In this document: in pieces, positions 48,394 to 57,590 of the stretch
How the letters are laid out: every line of letters starts with the position of its first letter
Position numbering within the stretch: position 1 is the first letter of the stretch
IMG/VR virus record: IMGVR_UViG_3300029214_000148
From: a virus
Reading direction: 5' to 3' (one strand)
Length of the DNA: 64,000 bases
Position numbers and translations under genes: made by a program
Notes under the pieces: model-generated
Told to the model about the DNA's origin: nothing
Databases searched by the model: none
What the model saw: only the letters and a program-made list of their open reading frames with translations

Positions 48394-48819
48394 ATGAATA
48401 ACGTTGTATTGATAATTATAGCTATTGCCACAACATTTGTAATTGATAAAGTATTTGATGATGTTCTAAGTCCTGCTGCAAAGTTTATTGTGACATTGTT
48501 GACGATATTGTTTTTCGTTTTTATTTATGTTTTTGGACAGTATGCAGCGGGTTCTGCCACTGCTGAACTACACAAATTTGTAGAACAACTTGATACGGAA
48601 CAGCAGAATCAGGTAGTTGAGACAGAAAAACAAGCTAATCCAAAAAAGCAAACAAGAAAAGAGCAGGAAGAGAAATTACATAAACTTGCCGCATCTGGTA
48701 AAGCGAAGATTGTAATAGATGGTGAACCGACAAGTGATGAGTTTGATATTGATGGCATTAAATTAAAAGATTATGATATCAAATTTAAGAATGGAAAAGT
48801 CTATTTGATATCAAAATAG
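48394..48819 (+). CDS. membrane protein with conserved C-terminal module (paralog of 59698)
   Basis: shared C-terminus D.DGI.L..Y.IK.K.GK.YLI.K; ATG after GGAGG. Confidence 0.45.
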   Translation: MNNVVLIIIAIATTFVIDKVFDDVLSPAAKFIVTLLTILFFVFIYVFGQYAAGSATAELHKFVEQLDTEQQNQVVETEKQANPKKQTRKEQEEKLHKLAASGKAKIVIDGEPTSDEFDIDGIKLKDYDIKFKNGKVYLISK

Positions 48820-49056
48820 GAAGCTATTACTATGTATTTCATTACTCTTATCTAAGTTTTGTTAGAATTAAAGAGGTTTGTCATGCCTATTGTTTTGAGC
48901 GTCATTATAGTATTTATGGGTAATTCAGAATGGGTATCCTGCAAGAATTGTAATAGAAAAATCTGAGGCTATTAATTCATTATTCTTTCCTAAAAATACA
49001 GAAGTCAAAGATTAGATTATTCTTGCAAAAATGCATTTAAGGAGGAACAAATTTTA

Positions 49057-49545
49057 ATGAATACGTTGGAAAATTTAGAAATGGTATTGTTTGACTTTGA
49101 TGATACGCTGTGCATACATAATCATCGCTCGGATGCTTATGAGGAAATGATGGAATATTTGTCATATATTCATTCAGGTGAAACATTTCCAAAATCATGG
49201 AATAAATCAAAACCGAATTTGCAGTTAAAGAAATTCATGGATTATCTTGCTTATAAGAATATCCCTATGGGTTTAATCAGCGGAGTGCGTGATTGTAAGA
49301 CTGCGGAAAGAAAGATCAAATGGGTTAAAGAAAATTACGGTTATTTACTGGAAAATTACTGTGTATCCAGTCAGGAACAGAAGATCATTGAACTTAAGGT
49401 CCTTGCAAAGGTTAACAGGCTTCATGAAAACCAGATTGCTATTATCGACGATTTGTATCCCAATCTTGAAAAAGCAGAAAGTGAGGGATTCGTTGCTCTT
49501 TCACCAATGCAGATTGTCAATATGTTCAATGAAGTATCTGAGTAG
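49057..49545 (+). CDS. HAD-superfamily hydrolase, deoxyribonucleotidase-like
   Basis: motif I MVLFDFDDTL; motif IV-like IIDDL. Confidence 0.55.
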   Translation: MNTLENLEMVLFDFDDTLCIHNHRSDAYEEMMEYLSYIHSGETFPKSWNKSKPNLQLKKFMDYLAYKNIPMGLISGVRDCKTAERKIKWVKENYGYLLENYCVSSQEQKIIELKVLAKVNRLHENQIAIIDDLYPNLEKAESEGFVALSPMQIVNMFNEVSE

Positions 49546-49713
49546 AAGTCTGCTGCAAGGATTATTCCATGCAAGATATGTTGAGAGATAATTTGTTGAA
49601 TTAGAGGTGATTATATTGGATTTATTTGGAAGAGATTTATGAACCCAAGCAGATGAAGATTTTTTAGGTAGAAAGTGTTATTTGTTGCAGAGTACGGTTG
49701 GAAGGGGATTTTA

Positions 49714-50520
49714 ATGAATAAGTTGGAAAATTTAAAAATGGTATTGTTTGACTTTGATGATACATTGGCTGTACATAGTCAAGGACATCGCATAAGCGAT
49801 CATCTGATGAAATATATGATTAACGTGCATTCTGGAAGTAAAGAATTATGGAATACCTCGAAACCGAATTTACAATTAAAAAAATTCATGGATTATCTTG
49901 CCTATAAGAATATCCCTATGGGATTGATTAGTGGAGTACATGATTGTAAAGCCGCGGAAAGAAAAATCGAATGGGTCAAAGAAAACTATGGGTATTCATT
50001 AGAGAATTATTGTGTATCCAGTCAAGAACAGAAGATGATTGAATTATCAACCATTGCAGAGGTTAATGGATTTCATGAAAGCCAGATTGCTCTTGTTGAT
50101 GACTACTATGAAAATCTCGGAAATGCTGAAAAAATGGGATTTACAACATTTTCTCCTATGGAAATTGTTAATTTGGTTAATTGCTTTCAAAAATCCTGGG
50201 GGGGGAAGATAAATTTACGAAATAAATACATATTCTGGGATATAGACGGCACTTTAGCGGCATACCGGTTTAACGGGCATGTTTCAGATCCGGAAGGTAC
50301 CGATAATGGTATGAGTTTAAAAGAAATCGAGGATGGGGTTTTATCGGAAGACAAATCAAAAGCAGATACCATTTTGCAATACTGTAAGGATCATGATATT
50401 AGCTTGCAAGATGTGGTATTTGTTGATGACACGATTCCATTTCTCCGCGAAGCAGAGCGAAAAGGGATTAAATCATTTCATATCAGCAGTTTTTTGGATT
50501 GGGATTTCGAAAGGAGGTAA
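49714..50520 (+). CDS. tandem HAD-domain hydrolase
   Basis: first domain paralogous to 49057 (MVLFDFDDTL); second DxDGT motif IFWDIDGTL in the C-terminal half. Confidence 0.55.
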   Translation: MNKLENLKMVLFDFDDTLAVHSQGHRISDHLMKYMINVHSGSKELWNTSKPNLQLKKFMDYLAYKNIPMGLISGVHDCKAAERKIEWVKENYGYSLENYCVSSQEQKMIELSTIAEVNGFHESQIALVDDYYENLGNAEKMGFTTFSPMEIVNLVNCFQKSWGGKINLRNKYIFWDIDGTLAAYRFNGHVSDPEGTDNGMSLKEIEDGVLSEDKSKADTILQYCKDHDISLQDVVFVDDTIPFLREAERKGIKSFHISSFLDWDFERR

Positions 50521-50524
50521 CATA

Positions 50525-51592
50525 ATGGATTTATGTATTGACTACAACTTGTTGTTTGCAGAATTAAAGAAACATGGTTTCTGCCTTGGTTTTTCAACAA
50601 TTGAGAATGTTGCGCTTTCAAAGGATCAGGTGGATTACTGGCATCGTGGCAATTTCATTTGTTGTGTAAAATCAAAGGGATTAATTGCAACTTATGTATG
50701 CTTTATTACTGGTGATGAATTGAAAGATGAATTCTCTACTTATAAGAGTGTTCATGAGTATTTGAATTTCACAGATACTATAGAAGCTCAGCGGAGACCA
50801 TCAATCATTAAAGCATTTGAAAACGTTTTATTTGCCAGTTATTCTGATGCAGTTGCTAAATATAATCAGATGCTTGCTGTTTTTCCAAAATTTACACCAG
50901 CATTTAAAGAATTGTTTGCAGAAGAAATGGATGCTCTTGCAGTATCTAATACGTCAATTCAGGTTAAACCTGATTTGTCTAAAATTTATATAAATAAAGA
51001 GCATGAATATTGTTACATCTCAGCTGTTACACCGGATAGTGTTTGTGTTAACCGGCTCACCGCTGTATCTTTTGAAAAAGAGCTGGATTATCGTGAATTG
51101 CAGCAATACACTGCCGTTCCAGAAGTTTTTGACGAATTACGTTCACTTCTGTTAACAGTATTACACGGTCTTTCTTCTGTTATCAAGATAAATAATCTGC
51201 CTGAAGATAACAGTGTTTCTTTGAAATATTATAATGAAACCGATGAATTCCGTGATACAAGATATACTGCAGTTGGTCAAAATTTCGAATTGATACTTAT
51301 CAATATGCTTGGTGCTTCCTGTTATTTGAGTGATAAGTCTCGTACACATGATTCAGATAATAAGTGTCACGCATACGATATTGCTGATGTTTTTTCAGCA
51401 AATGCTAAAGCCAAACGTATTCATGATTTTCTTGTAAAACTCATGAAAGAGTTTGCGCCTATTTTAGCAGGTGACCTGGCATTGCGGAAGCAGCTTTTCG
51501 ATTATTTGTATACACTTGAGGATGGTGATAATTCCGTTAATGCGCAGCAACCAGGGTTGCCAGATAATACGGATTCTTTGCCTCATAAATAG
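50525..51592 (+). CDS. hypothetical protein
   Basis: 355 aa; GGAGGTAACATA RBS. Confidence 0.5.
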   Translation: MDLCIDYNLLFAELKKHGFCLGFSTIENVALSKDQVDYWHRGNFICCVKSKGLIATYVCFITGDELKDEFSTYKSVHEYLNFTDTIEAQRRPSIIKAFENVLFASYSDAVAKYNQMLAVFPKFTPAFKELFAEEMDALAVSNTSIQVKPDLSKIYINKEHEYCYISAVTPDSVCVNRLTAVSFEKELDYRELQQYTAVPEVFDELRSLLLTVLHGLSSVIKINNLPEDNSVSLKYYNETDEFRDTRYTAVGQNFELILINMLGASCYLSDKSRTHDSDNKCHAYDIADVFSANAKAKRIHDFLVKLMKEFAPILAGDLALRKQLFDYLYTLEDGDNSVNAQQPGLPDNTDSLPHK

Positions 51593-51620
51593 GAAGAAAA
51601 AGGAGGAAAATAATTGCGAT

Positions 51621-52412
51621 ATGTATACTAAAATATATGCTATTTTTACGACAGTGGTTAAATATTTTATTCTGGCGTGTGGTATATCCTTATTACTATT
51701 TTTCTTTTATGATAATGAATTAGAACCAACAAAAGACAATATTAAATGTGTAGTTAGCATAATATATATGAATTTATTAACTGCAGTAGTAATTACATAT
51801 TTATTTAAAAAATTAATTGGTAGTATTAAGGAAGACGTTGTAAATGCAAAGCCGTATGGAAAAGCGCAAATAGGAAATAAAGAAAAAACGTATGAGAATA
51901 TAAGAGAAATGATTACTGTTCACGAAGCAGGTCATGCAGTAATGTCTTATTTAAAAAATGCAGATACAATTATTGTGAATGCTTCTCTTTGCGAACCCAA
52001 TGTAGTATCGGGATATGATAGCGTAGTAAATGCAGAAGTTGTGAAAAGCATGATACTTATTAAATACGCAGGAGCAATAGCAGAAGAATTAATATTTGGA
52101 CATTATAGTGCAGGTTCTTTTTTCGGATCTAATTCAGATAATTCAGATTTTAAACGTGCGACGGAATTAATTAAGGGCTACATTACTATGATTAATCCAG
52201 AACGGAGCAAAACACTATTAGATGACGAACTGAAAGATCAACTTATAGATATATCAAAAGCTTTTTATCAAGAATGCAAAGAATTACTTAGCTGTAATAT
52301 AAAATTAGTTGAACATTTATCTAATGTATTGACATACAAAGAAAGATTAACCACAGAAGAAGTACTTGAGATAATAAATGCTTTCAAGGAGAGCAAAGAA
52401 ATAAATACTTAA
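51621..52412 (+). CDS. membrane-anchored M41 (FtsH-type) zinc peptidase domain protein lacking the AAA module
   Basis: HEAGHAV zinc site; GAIAEELIFG and SNSDNSDFKRAT mirror the FtsH protease domain; single N-terminal membrane helix. Confidence 0.55.
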   Translation: MYTKIYAIFTTVVKYFILACGISLLLFFFYDNELEPTKDNIKCVVSIIYMNLLTAVVITYLFKKLIGSIKEDVVNAKPYGKAQIGNKEKTYENIREMITVHEAGHAVMSYLKNADTIIVNASLCEPNVVSGYDSVVNAEVVKSMILIKYAGAIAEELIFGHYSAGSFFGSNSDNSDFKRATELIKGYITMINPERSKTLLDDELKDQLIDISKAFYQECKELLSCNIKLVEHLSNVLTYKERLTTEEVLEIINAFKESKEINT

Positions 52413-52572
52413 ATTTTTATCATTTCCGGATGTCACGATTATCTGCAATGATTGCCACGGCAGAGGCTTTGCGGTTGTTGCAGAGAGTATTCGTGAACTG
52501 TCCGACAATATAAAGCAGCTGATTGAACAGAACAATAAGGATTGAAGATGATATCCTGTATTTAATGTCAAA

Positions 52573-52773
52573 GTGAAAGGAGAATTGTATATGGTTGTTA
52601 TTATTGGAGCAATAATTGTTTTTTGCCTTTTCATGGGAGTTATTCTTATAATTTCCGGATGTCACGATTATAACGAAGCAAACAGAGGAATGGAGATTGG
52701 CATTGGTATTTCTCTTATCCTCGCCCCAATTGTTGTTACGTTGACATATCTGGCTTTTGGAGGTGTGTTGTAA
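52573..52773 (+). CDS. small membrane protein
   Basis: 66 aa, two helices. Confidence 0.35.
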   Translation: MKGELYMVVIIGAIIVFCLFMGVILIISGCHDYNEANRGMEIGIGISLILAPIVVTLTYLAFGGVL

Positions 52774-52788
52774 TTTCTTGCGGAGCAG

Positions 52789-52861
52789 AGCAGAGGAAGG
52801 CTCACCGGGCTCATGACCTGGGTGTCGGATGTTCGATTCCTTTCTCCGCAATTAATTTTAA
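52789..52861 (+). tRNA. tRNA (anticodon CAT; Met or Ile2) on the plus strand
   Basis: Acceptor TGCGGAG/CTCCGCA perfect; D-arm GAGC/GCTC; anticodon stem CCGGG/CCTGG; loop CTCATGA; weak T-stem GGATG/CCTTT; C at position 8. Confidence 0.5.
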
Positions 52862-52965
52862 AAAAGGGAGGTTATAACATGTTCTAACTGATTAGAAAAC
52901 ATAAACAAGCATTCGTTCAAAAGAAAGATTCGTATGTGAAAAAAGGATGGGAGGAAAAGAAAATC

Positions 52966-53916
52966 ATGGGAATGGATGTAAACATGCTTGCCTGCGTGCG
53001 GGCACTTGCAGAAAACAGAATACAGGATGCGAAGAAATACGCGGTCTGCTGTTGTGCCAATGACAATACGAAGAAAAATGAGAGCCAGGTCAGAAGATAC
53101 AAAAATCTTCTGCTCAACGGTCCAAACATGATCGAGCTGCCAGCAAATCTTAACGGGCTCCTACGTATGGAAGATGTGTCCAGCTTTCATGCCGAGCGGT
53201 ACTACCTTGGGAAAACCCAGTGGGATCTTTTTGAAAAGATTAAACGTGGTGTGGCGGTCACGCTTAAATTAATGGAGTATGGGATTCCCTACAAAAACAG
53301 CACCCTCATATACGGCGTGCCCGGCACTGGGAAAACGGAGTTTGCCAGATATGTGGCGTATTCCCTGGGTATTCCTTATGCATATATTAATTTTTCCTTC
53401 CTGATCGACTCATTCATGGGGAATACATCGAAGAATATCCAGCGTGTGTTTGATTTCTGCAAAGGGCAGAAATGTGTCCTGATGCTTGATGAGATCGACT
53501 GTATCGGATTAAAGCGCGGCATAGGAGGAAATGGGGGACCAGATGGGGAAATATCAAGAACGACCATTTCTCTTATGCAGGCATTGGACGATCTGACAGA
53601 CGGGCAGATCATCATTGCTGCCACGAACCGGTACGACCTGCTTGATCCCGCTTTGTCCAGACGGTTCCAAAACCATGTGGAATTCTGTCCATTCAATTTT
53701 GAAGAAAACAGGGAGATGATGGAAAAATTCCTGGCGGCAGTGGACGAGTCTTTGCTGAGTGCTATGGAAATTGTAACGTATGCAAGAGAAAACCATACGC
53801 AGGCAGAGGTAACCGGGCATCTCATTGAAGTACTGACGCGCAAGGTATCGCAGGAAGTGGATGTGGAAGCGGCGCTGGAAGCACTAAAAAGTGGGAATGA
53901 AAGAACAGATAACTAG
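52966..53916 (+). CDS. AAA+ ATPase
   Basis: Walker A GVPGTGKTEFA; Walker B VLMLDEID; sensor/arginine finger region; ATG after GGGAGG. Confidence 0.7.
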   Translation: MGMDVNMLACVRALAENRIQDAKKYAVCCCANDNTKKNESQVRRYKNLLLNGPNMIELPANLNGLLRMEDVSSFHAERYYLGKTQWDLFEKIKRGVAVTLKLMEYGIPYKNSTLIYGVPGTGKTEFARYVAYSLGIPYAYINFSFLIDSFMGNTSKNIQRVFDFCKGQKCVLMLDEIDCIGLKRGIGGNGGPDGEISRTTISLMQALDDLTDGQIIIAATNRYDLLDPALSRRFQNHVEFCPFNFEENREMMEKFLAAVDESLLSAMEIVTYARENHTQAEVTGHLIEVLTRKVSQEVDVEAALEALKSGNERTDN

Positions 53917-53961
53917 GAAAATTTTTCTAACCGGTATTAACGGCAATAAGGAGGGAAAATC

Positions 53962-54366
53962 ATGGATAATCAGATTAACATTAAATATATGTTCACCGTG
54001 ATCGGTGGAGGCTGGACGCGTGTATCGAGGGCGTATTTTATTGCTGATGATAGAGTTTATTTTTTAAATAAGTTTTCACCAGCGGATTTAAAAATGTTTG
54101 AGAATCATTTTGATGATATCACAGCTACACTTGCTTCCGTGAATTTTGACACAACCGGGCTGGATTTTGTGAATCATGGCACGAATGTAGGTTTTGATAT
54201 GCCGACAATTACCATGTACCGGTATGAAAATGGGAAATACAAAAAATTGTGGTCAGAAGGGGATTATCGAAATTCAGAAGCTGTCGATACAATTCAGAGC
54301 ATTTTTCAGGATTCCGGCTACCTGGCAAAAGGGGGAAACCGGTCTGCAAATACCGCTACTTCATGA
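53962..54366 (+). CDS. hypothetical protein
   Basis: 134 aa; AAGGAGGG RBS. Confidence 0.45.
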   Translation: MDNQINIKYMFTVIGGGWTRVSRAYFIADDRVYFLNKFSPADLKMFENHFDDITATLASVNFDTTGLDFVNHGTNVGFDMPTITMYRYENGKYKKLWSEGDYRNSEAVDTIQSIFQDSGYLAKGGNRSANTATS

Positions 54367-54533
54367 GTGGGATGTTTTACCCGACTGACGGAAACGAATA
54401 CGAGATCAATATTCCATCTCCAGTGATACATGACTCTAAAGAAGAAGCTATGGCTGATGGAAACTTTGGTTACCGCTTTATACAGATAGATAGATCGGTT
54501 GGACCGGTAATCGTTATATTTGAAAGTCAATAA
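54363..54533 (+). CDS. small hypothetical protein, ATGA-coupled
   Basis: 56 aa; start overlaps the upstream stop. Confidence 0.3.
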   Translation: MSGMFYPTDGNEYEINIPSPVIHDSKEEAMADGNFGYRFIQIDRSVGPVIVIFESQ

Positions 54534-54845
54534 CCCATCACTAAAGTGACGGGCTTGTGTTTCAGCCACTACACAGTGGATATGCAGGCCCGATATTGAC
54601 TAGCCTAAGTGCTTCGGGCACTACGTTAAGAGAGAATACATAGTTACCTGCGGATGTAATGCCTAGTCTGCAGCAATAAGGGGACGTATTAAACAGTTTC
54701 ATTGGGGTGGAACAGTGTGCGGCAGATAAAGATGTACCTTTATCTCTTATCCATATAAACCTCTCTTAACATTGGCGAAGGCATTTTAACCACACTTCGG
54801 TGTGAGTACTTAAATCCGAAAGGATTTCAGAAAGGAGCATGACCT
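54534..54845 (+). ncRNA. putative IscB omega RNA (OMEGA guide RNA scaffold)
   Basis: 312-nt GC-rich noncoding tract directly abutting the iscB start, with multiple hairpins; position matches the known upstream omega-RNA arrangement of IscB loci. Confidence 0.5.
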
Positions 54846-56102
54846 ATGGTTTATGTGTTATCAAAAACCGGACAGCCTTTGATGCCGACAGAGAACCATG
54901 CAAAGGTCCGTGTTCTGTTAAAACAGCAAAAGGCAAAAATAGTACACGGCTGTCCGTTTACCATACAGTTGCTGTATGACAGTACAGACTATACACAGCC
55001 GGTAAGTCTTGGCATTGATGCCGGAAGCAGGCATATCGGCGTATCTGCCACTACGGAAACGAAAGTCCTGTACGAAGCAGATGTGACACTCAGAAACGAC
55101 ATCGTGGATCTTTTATCTACACGCCGGGAAGCACGGCGCACCAGAAGAAGCCGAAAGACTCGCTACCGCAAGCCGCGGTTCAATAACAGAACCCGCAAGG
55201 ACGGCTGGCTGGCTCCGTCCATACAGCAGAAGGTGGATACGCACCTTACTACGGTGCGCAAGGTAACGGAGATACTTCCAGTAAACAGCATCACGGTGGA
55301 AACTGCATCATTCGATATCCAGAAGATCAAGAACCCGGACATAGCCGGTACTGGCTATCAGCAGGGCGAACAGCTCGACTTCTGGAACGTACGTGAGTAT
55401 GTACTCTTCCGTGACGGCCATAAGTGCCAGTGCTGTAAAGGGAAGTCAAAAGATCCAGTGCTTAACGTGCATCATATCGAAAGCCGTAAGACCGGAGGAA
55501 ACGCACCGAATAACCTGATCACACTCTGCGAAACATGTCACAAGGGCTATCATAACGGTACCGTAAGCCTGCCGAAAAACATCAGGCGCGGCATGAAATT
55601 TAACGATGCTGCATTTATGGGTATCATGCGGTGGGCCTTTTTCAACAGGGTAAAGGAGACCTACGAGCCGCTTGGCATCATGGTAAAAATGACATATGGC
55701 TATATCACAAAAAATACAAGGATAGAGCACGACCTGCCGAAGGACCACTTCATCGATGCCAGATGTATCAGCGGGCACCCGGATGCAACAAGTGACGGTA
55801 CAGTCTTTTATCAAAAGAAAGTGCGCTGTCATAACCGCCAGATCCATAAACAGAAGATATTAAAAGGCGGTATCCGCAAACGGAACCAGGCCCCGTACCT
55901 GGTGAAAGGATTCCGGCTGTTTGAAAAAGTCAAATACCACGGGAAACAGTATTTTATCTTTGGCAGAAGGAGCAGCGGTTTTTTCGACATAAGGACTTTA
56001 GATGGCACCAAAGTAAATAAAGGCAGTGTAAGCTGTAAAAAGATCAGATCTTTGGACATGCCACGTAGCTATTTAACAGAAGAAAGAAAGGCAATAGTTT
56101 AG
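54846..56102 (+). CDS. iscB: IscB RNA-guided nuclease (PLMP domain, split RuvC with HNH insert)
   Basis: PLMP motif LSKTGQPLMPT; RuvC-I LGIDAGSRHIGVS; Arg-rich bridge helix RREARRTRRSRKTRYRKPRF; HNH CQCC...HHIESRKTGGNAPNNLITLCETCH; RuvC-III HFIDA. Confidence 0.8.
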   Translation: MVYVLSKTGQPLMPTENHAKVRVLLKQQKAKIVHGCPFTIQLLYDSTDYTQPVSLGIDAGSRHIGVSATTETKVLYEADVTLRNDIVDLLSTRREARRTRRSRKTRYRKPRFNNRTRKDGWLAPSIQQKVDTHLTTVRKVTEILPVNSITVETASFDIQKIKNPDIAGTGYQQGEQLDFWNVREYVLFRDGHKCQCCKGKSKDPVLNVHHIESRKTGGNAPNNLITLCETCHKGYHNGTVSLPKNIRRGMKFNDAAFMGIMRWAFFNRVKETYEPLGIMVKMTYGYITKNTRIEHDLPKDHFIDARCISGHPDATSDGTVFYQKKVRCHNRQIHKQKILKGGIRKRNQAPYLVKGFRLFEKVKYHGKQYFIFGRRSSGFFDIRTLDGTKVNKGSVSCKKIRSLDMPRSYLTEERKAIV

Positions 56103-56168
56103 CCTATAGTGTGTTCCTCTCATGACTAAAGTCACGAGTGTACGCACTTGGCTTACTAAAGGTATTTT

Positions 56169-56411
56169 ATGAAAATTGGTGAATTAAAGAGAAATAAGGA
56201 AGAAACAGAAGGAAAAATTCCTTCATTCGTCATCGGAGAGGTGGACAGTGACGCAGAAGCTGCGGAAATCATTGCAAATCTTGATGCCCACCGTCCAGAC
56301 TATCCGATGACTCTTGCAAAGAAGGGCGGCGGGATGTCGTTTGCGGAGAAATATCGGATAATGCGGGAAGAAATCGGGAAAATATCAGAAACAGGAGGGG
56401 AAAGCAGATGA
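56169..56411 (+). CDS. hypothetical protein
   Basis: 80 aa acidic. Confidence 0.4.
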   Translation: MKIGELKRNKEETEGKIPSFVIGEVDSDAEAAEIIANLDAHRPDYPMTLAKKGGGMSFAEKYRIMREEIGKISETGGESR

Positions 56412-56778
56412 GAAAAAGAATTGGGATGTTTGCAGTCATTGGATGTATTTTCTGCAGTGGATTATTCATCGGCGGATGCCGGATATTACGAAAGGGACAT
56501 TGTTGTCTGATAAATCATATAAATTAAGCGGGGATGTTACGTTTCTTCCAATTTCCGAGCAGAAGATCGATAACAACGATGAAGATCCGACGGTGATTAC
56601 GGAGTTTGTTAATATCAAAGATAAGACGGTGTGGATGCAGTCGTACAAAAGCTGTTCCGGATCCGAAATGTATGCCATCAGTATTGGACAGAGCATGGTC
56701 CAGGAACTTGATCCGGATGGAAAGCCGAAGCTGTATACCGGGGATATTAACGAGCTGATCAAGAAGTTCCAAAAGTAA
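56408..56778 (+). pseudogene. frameshifted putative lipoprotein
   Basis: Signal peptide + lipobox MRKRIGMFAVIGCIFCSGLFIGGC in one frame (56408..56527); mature part continues in ORF 56443..56778 in another frame. Confidence 0.3.
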
Positions 56779-56849
56779 TCAGATCCGCAAAGTTGCCTCA
56801 TGCCGGGGCAGTTTCTTATCGTCAAATACGGATACACAGAGGTTTAAAT

Positions 56850-57590
56850 ATGTTGGAAAAATACAGTTATGAATTGTGGAATGGAAATTGTCTGGAATTA
56901 ATGAAATCTATTCCTGATAAATCAATAGATATGATTTTATGTGATCTGCCATATGGGACAACTAAGTGCAAATGGGATATCGTAATACCATTTAAACCAA
57001 TGTGGGATCAATATAGTCGTATTGCAAAAGATAATGCCGCAATCGTATTGTTTGGACAGGAGCCATTTTCTTCTTTATTAAGGGTAAGCAATATCAGCGA
57101 TTACAAGTATGATATTTACTGGGAAAAAGAGCGGTTAACAAATATTAATCAGGTTAAACGGAGAGTTGGGAAAACTGTAGAGACAATATCTGTATTTTAT
57201 AAAAAACAATGTACATATAATCCTCAAATGGTTAAGCATGAAGGAAAACTAAGGAAAAACAGGGTAAAAAATGGTAAACTCGGAAAACTTACAGATGAAA
57301 ATGAAAAAAAAGTAATTGAGTATAATGATACTGGGTGGCGTTACCCTACGCAAGTTTGGAAATTTCAAAGAGATTGTCTGACTTCAAATTTGCATCCAAC
57401 CCAAAAACCATTGCTTTTATGTGAGACACTTGTCAAAACATTTTCCAATGAAGGCGATATTGTCCTGGATAATTGTATGGGATCTGGAACGGTTGGTGTA
57501 GCATGCAAACTTTTAAACCGTAAATTTATTGGTATAGAACTTGAAGAGAACTATTTCAAAATTGCAAAGGAAAGGATTGACCATAATTGA
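56850..57590 (+). CDS. beta-class DNA methyltransferase (N4-cytosine or N6-adenine)
   Basis: motif IV DLPYGT precedes motif I NCMGSGTVGV (beta order); no adjacent endonuclease. Confidence 0.65.
   Translation: MLEKYSYELWNGNCLELMKSIPDKSIDMILCDLPYGTTKCKWDIVIPFKPMWDQYSRIAKDNAAIVLFGQEPFSSLLRVSNISDYKYDIYWEKERLTNINQVKRRVGKTVETISVFYKKQCTYNPQMVKHEGKLRKNRVKNGKLGKLTDENEKKVIEYNDTGWRYPTQVWKFQRDCLTSNLHPTQKPLLLCETLVKTFSNEGDIVLDNCMGSGTVGVACKLLNRKFIGIELEENYFKIAKERIDHN

Larger units (their letters stand above)
54530..56160 (+). mobile_element. IS200/IS605-family IscB element (no tnpA)
   Basis: Subterminal palindromes CATCACTAAAGTGACGGG (54535) and TCATGACTAAAGTCACGAG (56128) flank omega RNA + iscB. No Y1 transposase, so the element is non-autonomous. 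Confidence 0.45.
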
